DNA from: an uncultured virus (IMG/VR IMGVR_UViG_3300043571_000407)
Lineage: Duplodnaviria; Heunggongvirae; Uroviricota; Caudoviricetes
IMG/VR virus record: IMGVR_UViG_3300043571_000407
DNA: 64,000 nt
Reading direction: 5' to 3' (one strand)
The notes under the pieces are model-generated. The model saw only the letters and a list, made by a program, of their open reading frames with translations, did no database searches and had not been told where the DNA came from. Positions 38,800 through 48,358 of this stretch are shown piece after piece (positions within the stretch are counted from its first letter, which is position 1; every line of letters begins with the position of its first letter). Both the position numbers and the translations under genes were made by a program.

Positions 38800-41700
38800 C
38801 TAATTACGGGAGAGATTAACCATTTGCTGAATAACATTTTCTAATCTTGGCTCCACTTGTTTCTTAATTGATTCCCCCACTTTTTGATCGCCGTTTACGG
38901 TAATTGGAATATTTATTGTTGGAGAGATTGTCGTCTGCCCTTTCTCTGTGGCTTGTTGCAACGCCCGTAAGAAGTCTGGGGGAATACTAGGGGATAAAAC
39001 GGGAGACAGGGCAGAGGGAAGTTTGAGAGGATCTGTTAATTGAGGAGAAGGTACTGATCCCCCTCCAAGTCCGCCAGTGAGTTTGTAGATTTCAGAAGAT
39101 GCGCTACCTGTTGCACCAGAGAACTCCCCATCCCCTCTTATGCTCCGCATTGTTCCCTCTGCGGACATCCCTCCTGGCAATCTTCTGCTCCCTTTTAATC
39201 CACTTTCTCTGAGGGCTTGCTCTCCCGTCGCTGCGGCTCGACCCGTTAGATCGCTTACGCTGCCCACTTCAAAACCATCAAGCACGCTGGCAGTAATATC
39301 TGCAAAACGCTGCCGTTTTAATGATCTGTTACTGGTGTTGTTGGCCAAGTCTACCTGTGCCGAGCGAATAGCCCCTTGACTACGGAATTCCAACGCTTCT
39401 CTCTGGAGTTTGAAAACTTTTGACTGGTTAATGTCTTGTCTCCGTAATAAATCCAAGTTTTGCTCTTGGTAGCCGACGTTCTCTCCTGCTATATCTGCCG
39501 CTGTTTGCAGGTCGTCTAACTCTTCTGGGGTTGTTCTAGGATCTTTCTTGGCTGATTTAAGAGCATTATCAGCTTTTCTTTTTTCAACTTTCGCATCATT
39601 CAACGCCCTTCTAGCAGCTAGTTTGTCCCGTTCTATTTCAATACCTTTCATTAATTGTTGGGATATCAGGCTTTGTTTATCAAATTCAGCTTGTTGTATA
39701 GCTGATTTTAATTTAATAGCCGAGATTAATTCAGCGAGTTGTTTTTTCTTCCGTTCAGAGCGTTCTCCTTGGACTAAAGCATCTAATTCCCCTGAGTAAA
39801 AGCTACTAGCCGCGTCAAACACCCCTTTTTGTGCGTCCTGTAATTCCGAACGCATTTGAAGGGCTTTATTGAGAATATCGAATTTCCGACTCTGATTATC
39901 TAGTTCGTTATTCTGGCGTTTAATAGTGTTCTCATAGGCCTGTGCTTCCTTGTTTAATCCTGCTTCGTATTTCCTTACGATTGCATCAATCAACTGCCCC
40001 TGAGCCTCAACCAACTGCAACTGGAGCTTGATTTTCTCGCCAGCATCCGTCTCTAAACTAATTTTGGTTTGTAATGTTCTAATGGCTTGCTGTGCTATTG
40101 TTAGATCATATTCTTCCCCAAAAATCTTCCCTTGGTTTAGCAGGGTTTTTAAGGCAATTATTTCCTTAGTATTCTTAATTTCGGTTTCGGCAATCTCTAA
40201 TGCTGCCCAGGCTTCTCGTTCTTCCCTGGTAGCTTCCTCTAGGGACAGTCTTAATTTGGCTTGTTTATTGACATCTTTTTCTCGGCTAAGTTGAAATTGC
40301 AACTCCTGAACTTTATCGGTAGCACTTGAAGCTCTTTCTAGCTCCCTGAGTGCGTTACCACTACTAATCTGCTTTTCTATGCTTAATAATTGAGCATCAT
40401 TCTCTTTGGCGATGTTCCCTAAAACGGTTTGAGTGTGAGCATCCCAGGCTTCCTTCTCGGTTTTCAACATCCCCAGGGATTGTTGGAGTTGTTCTTGTCT
40501 TAGCTTTCTGATTTCAGTTTGTCTATTAGCCTCTAGTCGTGGGTCTGAGAGTGCGGGTTGAGCTTTTATTGCCTCTAGTTTTTTAAATGTGTTATTGTAT
40601 TCAGACTCAAGAGTTTTGAGGTTGTTTTTAATATTTTCCTCGTCAATTAAGTTCCGATCACCTCCAAATTCATTAAACGACTTCTGAACTTCATTTTGTC
40701 TAATTAGTTCAGCTTCTTTAACTAAATCAACAGTTTTTTTAAGTTGTTTTTCTAGTGTAGAAAGTTCTTGGTCGTAGCCATCCTTGATTGTTTTTTGACG
40801 CTGAACTTGGAGTTTTCCGATTTCGGCGTTGACAGCTTCTCGACCTTCTTTGTCAGTATCCGCTAACTTCTTTAATTTGTTCTGTTGTTGCCTGATTTGT
40901 TCATCTAACCCCTTGATTTGTAATTGTGATTTTTGGCTATTGTAGTTTTCCTCTGTGGATAATCCTTGAGCAAGATATCCCTCGATGATTGACTGTTGCT
41001 CCTGAAAGTTTTTAACCAGTTCCTCGTTTCGTTTAGATCGTTCCTCTGCAATGGCTTTAGTGATATCCGATTCTATTTTCTTAATTTCTTCCCCTGCTTT
41101 TCGGACTGCTTCAAGATTTCCAAAGGATTGTTGTTCAGACTGAATCCGTTGTTGTGCTGCCTTGCGTTCCTCTAATTCCTTAATTGTTAGTTCGGTGGTT
41201 AATCTCTCTGATTCTCTAATTCCTATCTCCCCATTCTTTTGTTGAGACTCTATTTCGGCTTTTTGTTTTGCGATAGTATCGGATCGCTTTTTGCTTTCCT
41301 GCTCAATGACTTTAGTAATTGTTTCCTGTGCCTTGCGTTGAACCTCTTGATCTAACCTTGTATCATGGGCTAATTGACGGAGTTTGCTAGTAACATCCCT
41401 ATCAATCGTTTGCCCCATTTCTAATAGAGCCATGTTAAACTCAATAACCTCGGACGCTTTTTTCTTGAACACATCCTGATCTCCAGATGGTTTTAGAATT
41501 GCATCCATAGCTTCATTTGCTTTTTTCTTTAACTGTTCTAACGCTGTTCCTAATACCATTAAATCTTTTGGGGCAATAACCACGTTAGAGGAGGCTTGGG
41601 CTAATGCCGTTTTTAACTTTTCTAACTCGCCTATTTGAGATTGAATATTAGACTTGTTAGCATCCCCTTTGACCGTTCTTTCTTGTTCTTTTAGTGCAGC

Positions 41701-43845
41701 TATCTGATCCTCGATAAGTCCAATTCTTAGCCGTGCCTGTGTTTGCAATTGCCGATTTTTCCTGTATTCTCCATCCGTTAATCTAATACCTAATTTATCA
41801 GCTTCCTGTTGCTTTTTCTGAGCCACAGACAGTTTCTCAAGGGATTCAATAGCCAAATCCCCGTATTCCTCTGTTCGGGTTGCTAGTTCGGTTGTTGCCT
41901 CCGTAGAATCGTTTAAGGATTGACTATAAAGAACGAGTCCAACCCCTCCCAAAACCGCAGCCACAGCCAATAAAGGTGCTAATAGTGCTGCGGTTGATAG
42001 TACCAATCCTTTTATTGCAACACCCAATCCTCCGACCGTCAAAGTCCCAGCAGCCGCAGCCGATGACAATCCCAACAATGAACTCGCGGCACTCCCAGCA
42101 CTTGCAGCCATCCCAGCCAAACCAAGGGAACTTAATACCCCCGACAAAACAAAAAATGCCGTGGTGGCACTACTTACAACACCAGCCAATTGAATTTGGA
42201 TGAAGGACAATATCGCAGGGATTAATTGGGCGCGGAAGGCGATCGCTAAACCAGTAACAACAACTGTTGAGGTAATTAAAGCGGACTGCCACGATCCAAC
42301 CAGAATGTTGATAACCTCACCCAAACCCCCGGCAACCCCTCCGAGAACCTCCATCAAGGCTTTATTCTGAAGAATAAATGTGTCAATTGCCTTAAACGCA
42401 GCAAAGGCGACAACCGCAACCCCGACACTCTTGAGGACATTCCCTAGTGCGGCGGTTGCAGCCGTGATTAGGGTCACAGATCCGGGTATCAGTTGGAGAT
42501 TGGCGAATAATCGCGCCGCTCCTGTTGCACTAAAAACAGAAGCTCCCCCTAAACTTGTGAATGCTGCTGCCAATCCCCACGCGTTCCTTGCTAACAACAG
42601 CAGTAGTTGCCCCACGCCCGGAAGGAGAATATTCCCCAAAACCCCGAAAGCGGAGGTAAGTAACTTGACCCCAAAAACGAGAGATTTAACCTGTAGAGCA
42701 ACTACTAAAAACCCACTAGCTAGAGGTGCTATAGCCCCTGACAAAGCCGAAAATAGATTCAGTGCTGGACGCAATACCGCCATTGTGAATCCCAGCCCTT
42801 GATTCAGTGCCTCCAATGCGTTCGCCAGAGAGGTAAACAAGAATAGGGGGACATCTTTAAAAACCGTCACTACATCCCCCAAGACGGTTTTAAAAATAGA
42901 TTGAAAAGCTAGACCCGCGCGAAGGATCTGATCTGTAACCTTCCCTGATTCACCCACCAACATCTCAAGGTTCGTTTGTAAAAACTTATAGACTTCGTTT
43001 AGGGATTGAGTCAAAGGTGCTAATAGTTTTTCCCCCGATCTTTGTCCTATTAATTCAAACATCTCTTGAATGTTTGACGTTACCCCAGAAAAACTCTGTG
43101 CGGCTAATTTATTTCCAGCCCTAAACGCAGACAATCGTGTGGTTAATTCCTGAACTAAAGTCCCTTGAGCCTTCCACTTGGCAACCATCGTGTTAGTTAT
43201 TCCTAACGATTTAGCCAAGATAGAATTCATGTCAATTGTTCCTAGGAAAATTGATTGAATCTCTTGTCTACTTTGATATAAAGGAACCTGTAATGTCCCC
43301 AAAGCGGCTGCAAAGTCAATGGTTAGACTCCGGGCATCGCTTAGGGTAGCCCCGATAGGTGTAGCTCCTTGTGCGACCTGTTGAAATATTGGGATTAATT
43401 GCTTTGACGTGACCCCAACTAGATCAATAGAATCAATCCTTAACTGTCTAATCTGATCATTTATAGGTTGATTGAGAGCTAAGATAGCCTGGGTGGGATC
43501 TTTAATCTCAAACCCATTACTAATAATTTTTGAAGTTGCTGCCATCGTTGATGCGACCGATAGCAACTGCCCTTGTAGTTCGACAGTTTGTCCAATCAAC
43601 AAATTAAACGGGCCGTTAGAAACCAACCCTCGAAGCGTTGACATCCCCTGCCCAAAGAATCCAATAACTGAGGTCGTCTGAACAATTGAGCTTGTCACTC
43701 CCCCAAAAGATTCACGGAATAAATCAAAAACCTGCAAAGGCTGACGTAGACCGAGGAGGCTTTCCCCTAGATCCCTGATTACATCGACAGCCTGGCTGGC
43801 GTTTGCTGTAATCGTAATGGTAGTCCCGCCAAATCCTGCCACCAT
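38800..43845 (-). CDS. Tail tape measure protein
   Basis: 1681 aa; tape-measure-like N-region, long hydrophobic G/A/L block, extended coiled coil; follows chaperone-like gene. Confidence 0.8.
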   Translation of the reverse strand: MVAGFGGTTITITANASQAVDVIRDLGESLLGLRQPLQVFDLFRESFGGVTSSIVQTTSVIGFFGQGMSTLRGLVSNGPFNLLIGQTVELQGQLLSVASTMAATSKIISNGFEIKDPTQAILALNQPINDQIRQLRIDSIDLVGVTSKQLIPIFQQVAQGATPIGATLSDARSLTIDFAAALGTLQVPLYQSRQEIQSIFLGTIDMNSILAKSLGITNTMVAKWKAQGTLVQELTTRLSAFRAGNKLAAQSFSGVTSNIQEMFELIGQRSGEKLLAPLTQSLNEVYKFLQTNLEMLVGESGKVTDQILRAGLAFQSIFKTVLGDVVTVFKDVPLFLFTSLANALEALNQGLGFTMAVLRPALNLFSALSGAIAPLASGFLVVALQVKSLVFGVKLLTSAFGVLGNILLPGVGQLLLLLARNAWGLAAAFTSLGGASVFSATGAARLFANLQLIPGSVTLITAATAALGNVLKSVGVAVVAFAAFKAIDTFILQNKALMEVLGGVAGGLGEVINILVGSWQSALITSTVVVTGLAIAFRAQLIPAILSFIQIQLAGVVSSATTAFFVLSGVLSSLGLAGMAASAGSAASSLLGLSSAAAAGTLTVGGLGVAIKGLVLSTAALLAPLLAVAAVLGGVGLVLYSQSLNDSTEATTELATRTEEYGDLAIESLEKLSVAQKKQQEADKLGIRLTDGEYRKNRQLQTQARLRIGLIEDQIAALKEQERTVKGDANKSNIQSQIGELEKLKTALAQASSNVVIAPKDLMVLGTALEQLKKKANEAMDAILKPSGDQDVFKKKASEVIEFNMALLEMGQTIDRDVTSKLRQLAHDTRLDQEVQRKAQETITKVIEQESKKRSDTIAKQKAEIESQQKNGEIGIRESERLTTELTIKELEERKAAQQRIQSEQQSFGNLEAVRKAGEEIKKIESDITKAIAEERSKRNEELVKNFQEQQSIIEGYLAQGLSTEENYNSQKSQLQIKGLDEQIRQQQNKLKKLADTDKEGREAVNAEIGKLQVQRQKTIKDGYDQELSTLEKQLKKTVDLVKEAELIRQNEVQKSFNEFGGDRNLIDEENIKNNLKTLESEYNNTFKKLEAIKAQPALSDPRLEANRQTEIRKLRQEQLQQSLGMLKTEKEAWDAHTQTVLGNIAKENDAQLLSIEKQISSGNALRELERASSATDKVQELQFQLSREKDVNKQAKLRLSLEEATREEREAWAALEIAETEIKNTKEIIALKTLLNQGKIFGEEYDLTIAQQAIRTLQTKISLETDAGEKIKLQLQLVEAQGQLIDAIVRKYEAGLNKEAQAYENTIKRQNNELDNQSRKFDILNKALQMRSELQDAQKGVFDAASSFYSGELDALVQGERSERKKKQLAELISAIKLKSAIQQAEFDKQSLISQQLMKGIEIERDKLAARRALNDAKVEKRKADNALKSAKKDPRTTPEELDDLQTAADIAGENVGYQEQNLDLLRRQDINQSKVFKLQREALEFRSQGAIRSAQVDLANNTSNRSLKRQRFADITASVLDGFEVGSVSDLTGRAAATGEQALRESGLKGSRRLPGGMSAEGTMRSIRGDGEFSGATGSASSEIYKLTGGLGGGSVPSPQLTDPLKLPSALSPVLSPSIPPDFLRALQQATEKGQTTISPTINIPITVNGDQKVGESIKKQVEPRLENVIQQMVNLSRN

Positions 43846-43994
43846 CTAAAAATCCCCCTTTTCCTTGCTATGATTAAGAGACAGTTTTAATTAAATACTA
43901 CGCATTGGTTTAATTGCATTGGTTTAATTGAATTGTAACAATAAAACCCCAAGAATACCTGGGGCTTTATTGTTCTCCCTACTTGTTAGGGAAA

Positions 43995-44519
43995 TTAATT
44001 GATTGGAAACGAAGACATCTCAGCGTTTAATTGCTCTATCTGCTGTTTGATTTCCCGAAACCGTGATTCATTCAAGGACGAGGCGTTATGGACATTCCCC
44101 TTAACAGACACTTGAATCCCCCCTAATAGTAAAGCAATCTTCTGATCTCCAAATTGTTTCCCAATCTGGTCTGCGGCTTGTTTCAATAGGGCAATCTTTT
44201 CTAGGATTTCAGTGGAGGATCTTTCTTCTGAAGGGAGAGCTTCAACTGCGGCAATCCGTTTGTCGATAACCGCCACTACTAACTTTGCCACAAAATCGAC
44301 AATCTGATAAGTGTCAATCAATGGGTAAACATATCCCTCTGAGGAGTAGAAGAAATGTTCGGGGATTGAGGGACAGACAGCTTTTAAGGTGTTGCTAATT
44401 TTATTAAGCGACTCCGCGCTAGTGAATCCATCTTTTGTGCCTTCTATAGCCCAATTCAACATAAAATCCACAGGTTTTTCCAGGGGATACTCAACACCGT
44501 CCAATACAATAGAAGCCAT
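43995..44519 (-). CDS. Putative tail assembly chaperone
   Basis: Directly upstream of the tape measure gene; IVLDGVEYPL start. Confidence 0.45.
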   Translation of the reverse strand: MASIVLDGVEYPLEKPVDFMLNWAIEGTKDGFTSAESLNKISNTLKAVCPSIPEHFFYSSEGYVYPLIDTYQIVDFVAKLVVAVIDKRIAAVEALPSEERSSTEILEKIALLKQAADQIGKQFGDQKIALLLGGIQVSVKGNVHNASSLNESRFREIKQQIEQLNAEMSSFPIN

Positions 44520-44642
44520 ACATTTTAATCCTATAATTTCTTAACTATTCTATCAAAAAATTAGTATTATTGGAAAATTCAAACAATTCACCAGAGAGGA
44601 TGTGAAATTAGTGGGGCGTTTATTCTGATTGACCTATTAATT

Positions 44643-46202
44643 TCAGTTCCCTTGCCTAACTACAGAATAGATAAAATCAAACATTTCTGGATCGTTCTTA
44701 GCTAGGTAAATAGGGTTCCTGTGCATTAATTCTAATCCCATTGATAAAACCTCTGTATTATACATATTACTCCCGTACACTTTCCCTATGTAAGGATGTA
44801 TCCATTTATCAACCTTGGTAACTTCGTAATCTTCGTAATTAAGTGGATGTACATCTTTTAATTTTACTATCTCCTCTCCGGCAGTTCTTCTATTATAAAA
44901 ATTAAGCACCTCTTTGTGTATTAAAGGGGAACGATCCTCTATCCAATGCCCAGCTTCATGTATTAATGTTGCTTTCTCCGTGGTTCCCATGTCAATAGTC
45001 CCCGTTGGCCAGCAACAGCTTCTTTGTCCTTGTTTTATTTCACGGATAGACAATGTACTGGTTAACCCTGGAATTTCAATCATTCGAGAAAGTTCTTCTA
45101 TCCCATCCTGATATTCTTTTTTTCTCTTTTTATCTAAAACTGTATTGTTAGTATTGATTTTTGTGGGATTATCCACATAGATTAATTTTCTGGCTTCTTG
45201 AAGAATTGCCTTAATTCTTTCGTTCGTCTTGGCTCCAGTGTAGTATTCAATGTTTTCATTTGTTAAAAATTGAGCTATAACCTTTTTAGGTAAAAATCGG
45301 GGTACGGGAGGGGAATTGTTTAAGTCTTCCTGTAATTTTAATAACTGCGCTCTTTTCCCTTGTGCTTCGATCATCAATGCGTCTCGTCTTCCCTTCCGTT
45401 GTTCCAATAAAATATCTAATTCTGCATCTTTAGCCTCTTTCTCCTTTCTTTCTTTCTCCCATTTCGCTCTAATCTGATCTGCTTTTATTCTAAGTTGTTC
45501 TGATATTGTTCTGAACTTCTCATCTACCTCATTAGCTTTTTTGAGACGTTCTTGTTCCTCTAGCATTACCTGTTTCTGTTTTTCTGATTTCTTTACTTCA
45601 TATTCTTTCCTTTTTCTTTGTACTTCCTCCCATTCCTTTATTAACAAGGGTTCTGTTATTTTCTTGAGTTCATCAGCTTTTTTAAGAAATTCTTTTTCTT
45701 CTTCTGGTAAAACGCCTGGTTTTATTGACCGTCTTAAATATTTCGCTCGTAATTCGTTTAATTTAAAAAGCCTGTCCTGAGAGAAATCGTCCTGAGCATT
45801 GGCTCTGCAACTTTTCTTGATATTGATACAAATACTTCCACAATTATAGGAAGTTGGCTTTACACACTGGGCTTTCTCCCTTTTCGCTCCCCCTGCATCA
45901 ATTCGGTAAGAATAACCTGCTGAGAAGTCTTCCCAATTCTTTAAATCAACACCCCGACTATCAATTCTAGGGGTGAATGGTTTATAAACAACCGACTTCC
46001 TGTTTATCTCAAAACTAAACACACGAGATCTGGTTAAGTCCTTAAACCGCCCTGTTATCTTTTCATTCTCCAGGGTTCCAGGATCGAAATCTAGCACAAT
46101 GACCGGAGCATTATAGGCAAAAGGCATTGACAAGATTTGACCTATTGCCAATCTCATTTGAGCTTCGGAAGGTGCCATGTTAGTGGCAAAAGATTGAATC
46201 AT
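44643..46202 (-). CDS. Tagged effector: shared N-tag, coiled coil, zincin metallopeptidase
   Basis: Shared tag; LIHEAGHWIE and downstream TEVLSMGLE. Confidence 0.8.
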   Translation of the reverse strand: MIQSFATNMAPSEAQMRLAIGQILSMPFAYNAPVIVLDFDPGTLENEKITGRFKDLTRSRVFSFEINRKSVVYKPFTPRIDSRGVDLKNWEDFSAGYSYRIDAGGAKREKAQCVKPTSYNCGSICINIKKSCRANAQDDFSQDRLFKLNELRAKYLRRSIKPGVLPEEEKEFLKKADELKKITEPLLIKEWEEVQRKRKEYEVKKSEKQKQVMLEEQERLKKANEVDEKFRTISEQLRIKADQIRAKWEKERKEKEAKDAELDILLEQRKGRRDALMIEAQGKRAQLLKLQEDLNNSPPVPRFLPKKVIAQFLTNENIEYYTGAKTNERIKAILQEARKLIYVDNPTKINTNNTVLDKKRKKEYQDGIEELSRMIEIPGLTSTLSIREIKQGQRSCCWPTGTIDMGTTEKATLIHEAGHWIEDRSPLIHKEVLNFYNRRTAGEEIVKLKDVHPLNYEDYEVTKVDKWIHPYIGKVYGSNMYNTEVLSMGLELMHRNPIYLAKNDPEMFDFIYSVVRQGN

Positions 46203-46210
46203 GATTTTAC

Positions 46211-46510
46211 TTAATAAACAATTTCAGACTCATCAACCACTTTCCCGTTAATTACCAAAGGAGGAGGAGCAATAGGTTGATCCATCACTGTCCCGTCAAA
46301 AGTCTTCGCCAGTTCTGTTGCAATCAACCAATCAGGATCGGGAGTTGCGGGGGAATTAAGCCAGAAGAAAGGCGAGTCAGGGTCTATGGCTACCATTTTC
46401 TCCATTGCTAAAACATTGTTCAGGATTGAGGCATAATGGGGCGTTGAGGATGTCCAAACTCCATTCTCAATAACTGCCACTACACCGTTGATTTTGACGC
46501 GATAAGCCAT
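46211..46510 (-). CDS. Small hypothetical protein, possible partner of the peptidase effector
   Basis: 99 aa; ATG directly after the stop of the peptidase remnant. Confidence 0.6.
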   Translation of the reverse strand: MAYRVKINGVVAVIENGVWTSSTPHYASILNNVLAMEKMVAIDPDSPFFWLNSPATPDPDWLIATELAKTFDGTVMDQPIAPPPLVINGKVVDESEIVY

Positions 46511-46511
46511 G

Positions 46512-46677
46512 TTAACCTCTTCTAACTACAGAATAAATAAAATCAAACATTTCAGGGTCATTTTTAGCAAGTGCAGATGGATTCCTATACATTAATTCTA
46601 ACCCCATTGAGAGGATTTCAGTGGAACCGTTGTCAGCAGAATCTTTGCCCATATAAGGCACACTGGGGCCTCTTCAT
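46512..46677 (-). pseudogene. Internally deleted paralog of the peptidase effector
   Basis: MKRPQC joined out of frame to PYMGK...TEILSMGLELMYRNP..LAKNDPEMFDFIYSVVRRG*, matching the 44643-46202 C-terminus. Confidence 0.8.
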
Positions 46678-46706
46678 TTTAAGATTTCACCACCGTTCTA
46701 ATTGGT

Positions 46707-46898
46707 TTACTTTGTCTTGATTTTTCTTTGAGGTACTCCAGATGTTTTATCGTTAGACTTGCCTTCTGCGTTTAACTTGCTTTTCAATGTTTTGAGTTTG
46801 CGAGATGGGGCAGCAGATATCCCGTATTCAAGTTCAAGATTATCAATTTCATCCATATCTATTAGGATTTCATCGTCTGTTTGAGGTTTGTTATCCAT
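46707..46898 (-). CDS. Small hypothetical protein
   Basis: 63 aa; leader and first codons duplicated from 48322-48365. Confidence 0.5.
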   Translation of the reverse strand: MDNKPQTDDEILIDMDEIDNLELEYGISAAPSRKLKTLKSKLNAEGKSNDKTSGVPQRKIKTK

Positions 46899-46942
46899 GT
46901 TTTTATCCTTAAATAGTGCCTATATTATATCTTATTATATTT

Positions 46943-48337
46943 TTATTCTAGTTTGGTTTTTTTCTCGTGTTCCTTGACAAATGCCTTGGCTGATTTTTCT
47001 GACAGATGAAAATATTCAAGTTCATATCCATATTTAGCACCTTTTTCAATTCGTTTTTTAAACCCAACTGACTCATAAAACGGCACAGCACTTTCTAATG
47101 ACTCTAGTTTTATTTTCCCTTTAAATCCTCTTTTTACACTCTCTTGAATAGCATGATATATGATTTGTTTCCCCACTCCTTTTGTATTGGTTATTATATT
47201 TGATGGATTAGTACCTAAAAATTCTATATACATAGATTCTTTAGATTTGTCATTTCCCGTAGTAAAGAAGCCTTGAGTTTTTCCAGATTCGTCCTTTAAA
47301 AAAAACGCATCTTGTAATCCTGCCTCGACTTCTGTTGCCCAAGCTAGACCCTCCGCCACACTATTTGAGTCATCAACTAAATCTTTTTTTGCCTCCAGAA
47401 CATCTCGCTCAATCACCTCATTGCCATACTTTATAAGTTTACCATACGGGGACTGCTTTAATGCTTCCCCCGTACTATCAACGTACTTACTGGATTTATT
47501 AATCCATTCTTTTGCCGTTTTCTTTATCTCTTTTACGGATGCAATAGAAGGCGTTAATTTACCAACTTTTCGCACTGGGGATTGCTGCTGTTTCTGTTTT
47601 TCTAGCTGTTTTTCTAGCTGTTTTTGTTTTTCTAGCTGTTTTTGTTTTTCTAGCTGTTTTTGTTTTTCTAGCTCTTTTTGTCTTTCTAGCTCCTTTTGTT
47701 TCTCTGGCTCTCTTTGTTTTTCTCTTACACCCATGAGTGCAAGAGTAGTCACCTTATATTTTTTGGTGATTTCAGCCTCCCTCTCCCTCTCTTTGTCAGG
47801 ATTTAAACTATTTAATTGATCTAAATACAGTTTTTTTAACTTGAGTAACTTATCAATCCGTTCCTCCGAAAGTTCATCGTCAGCATTAGCACTGCAATTT
47901 TTATTGATATTGATACAGATACTTCCACAATTGTAGGATGTAGGCTTTACACACTGGGCTTTCTTCCTTTTTACTCCCCCTGTATCAAAACGATAGGAAT
48001 AACCTGCCGAGAAGTCTTCCCATGCCTCAACATTCAAACCCGTGCTGTCAATTCGTGCCACGAAGGGTCGAGCCACGAAGGGTCGAGCCACGAAGGGTTT
48101 ATAAACAACCGACTTCCTGTTTATCTCAAAACTAAACACACGGGCTCTAATGGCATCCTTAAACCGCCCTGTTATCTTATCGCCGTTACTATCCCCTAAA
48201 TCAAAATCAAGTACCACCACAGGCGAATTATAGGCAAATGGGAGCGATAACGTTTGAGCGATCGCGAGTTTCATTTGAGCCTCGGAAACCATAGTATTTG
48301 GATTAATTTTCACTTCCATAGGAGGTTTGTTATTCAT
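46943..48337 (-). CDS. Tagged effector: shared N-tag plus GNAT acetyltransferase
   Basis: Shared tag; MYIEFLGTNP, KGVGKQII, IKLESL..AVPFYESVGF. Confidence 0.8.
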   Translation of the reverse strand: MNNKPPMEVKINPNTMVSEAQMKLAIAQTLSLPFAYNSPVVVLDFDLGDSNGDKITGRFKDAIRARVFSFEINRKSVVYKPFVARPFVARPFVARIDSTGLNVEAWEDFSAGYSYRFDTGGVKRKKAQCVKPTSYNCGSICININKNCSANADDELSEERIDKLLKLKKLYLDQLNSLNPDKEREREAEITKKYKVTTLALMGVREKQREPEKQKELERQKELEKQKQLEKQKQLEKQKQLEKQLEKQKQQQSPVRKVGKLTPSIASVKEIKKTAKEWINKSSKYVDSTGEALKQSPYGKLIKYGNEVIERDVLEAKKDLVDDSNSVAEGLAWATEVEAGLQDAFFLKDESGKTQGFFTTGNDKSKESMYIEFLGTNPSNIITNTKGVGKQIIYHAIQESVKRGFKGKIKLESLESAVPFYESVGFKKRIEKGAKYGYELEYFHLSEKSAKAFVKEHEKKTKLE

Positions 48338-48358
48338 GTTCTTATCCTTAAATAGTGC

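Noticed and set aside
43846..43994. Tail chaperone programmed frameshift extension
   Set aside because: Gap has a hairpin and stops, with no convincing second frame
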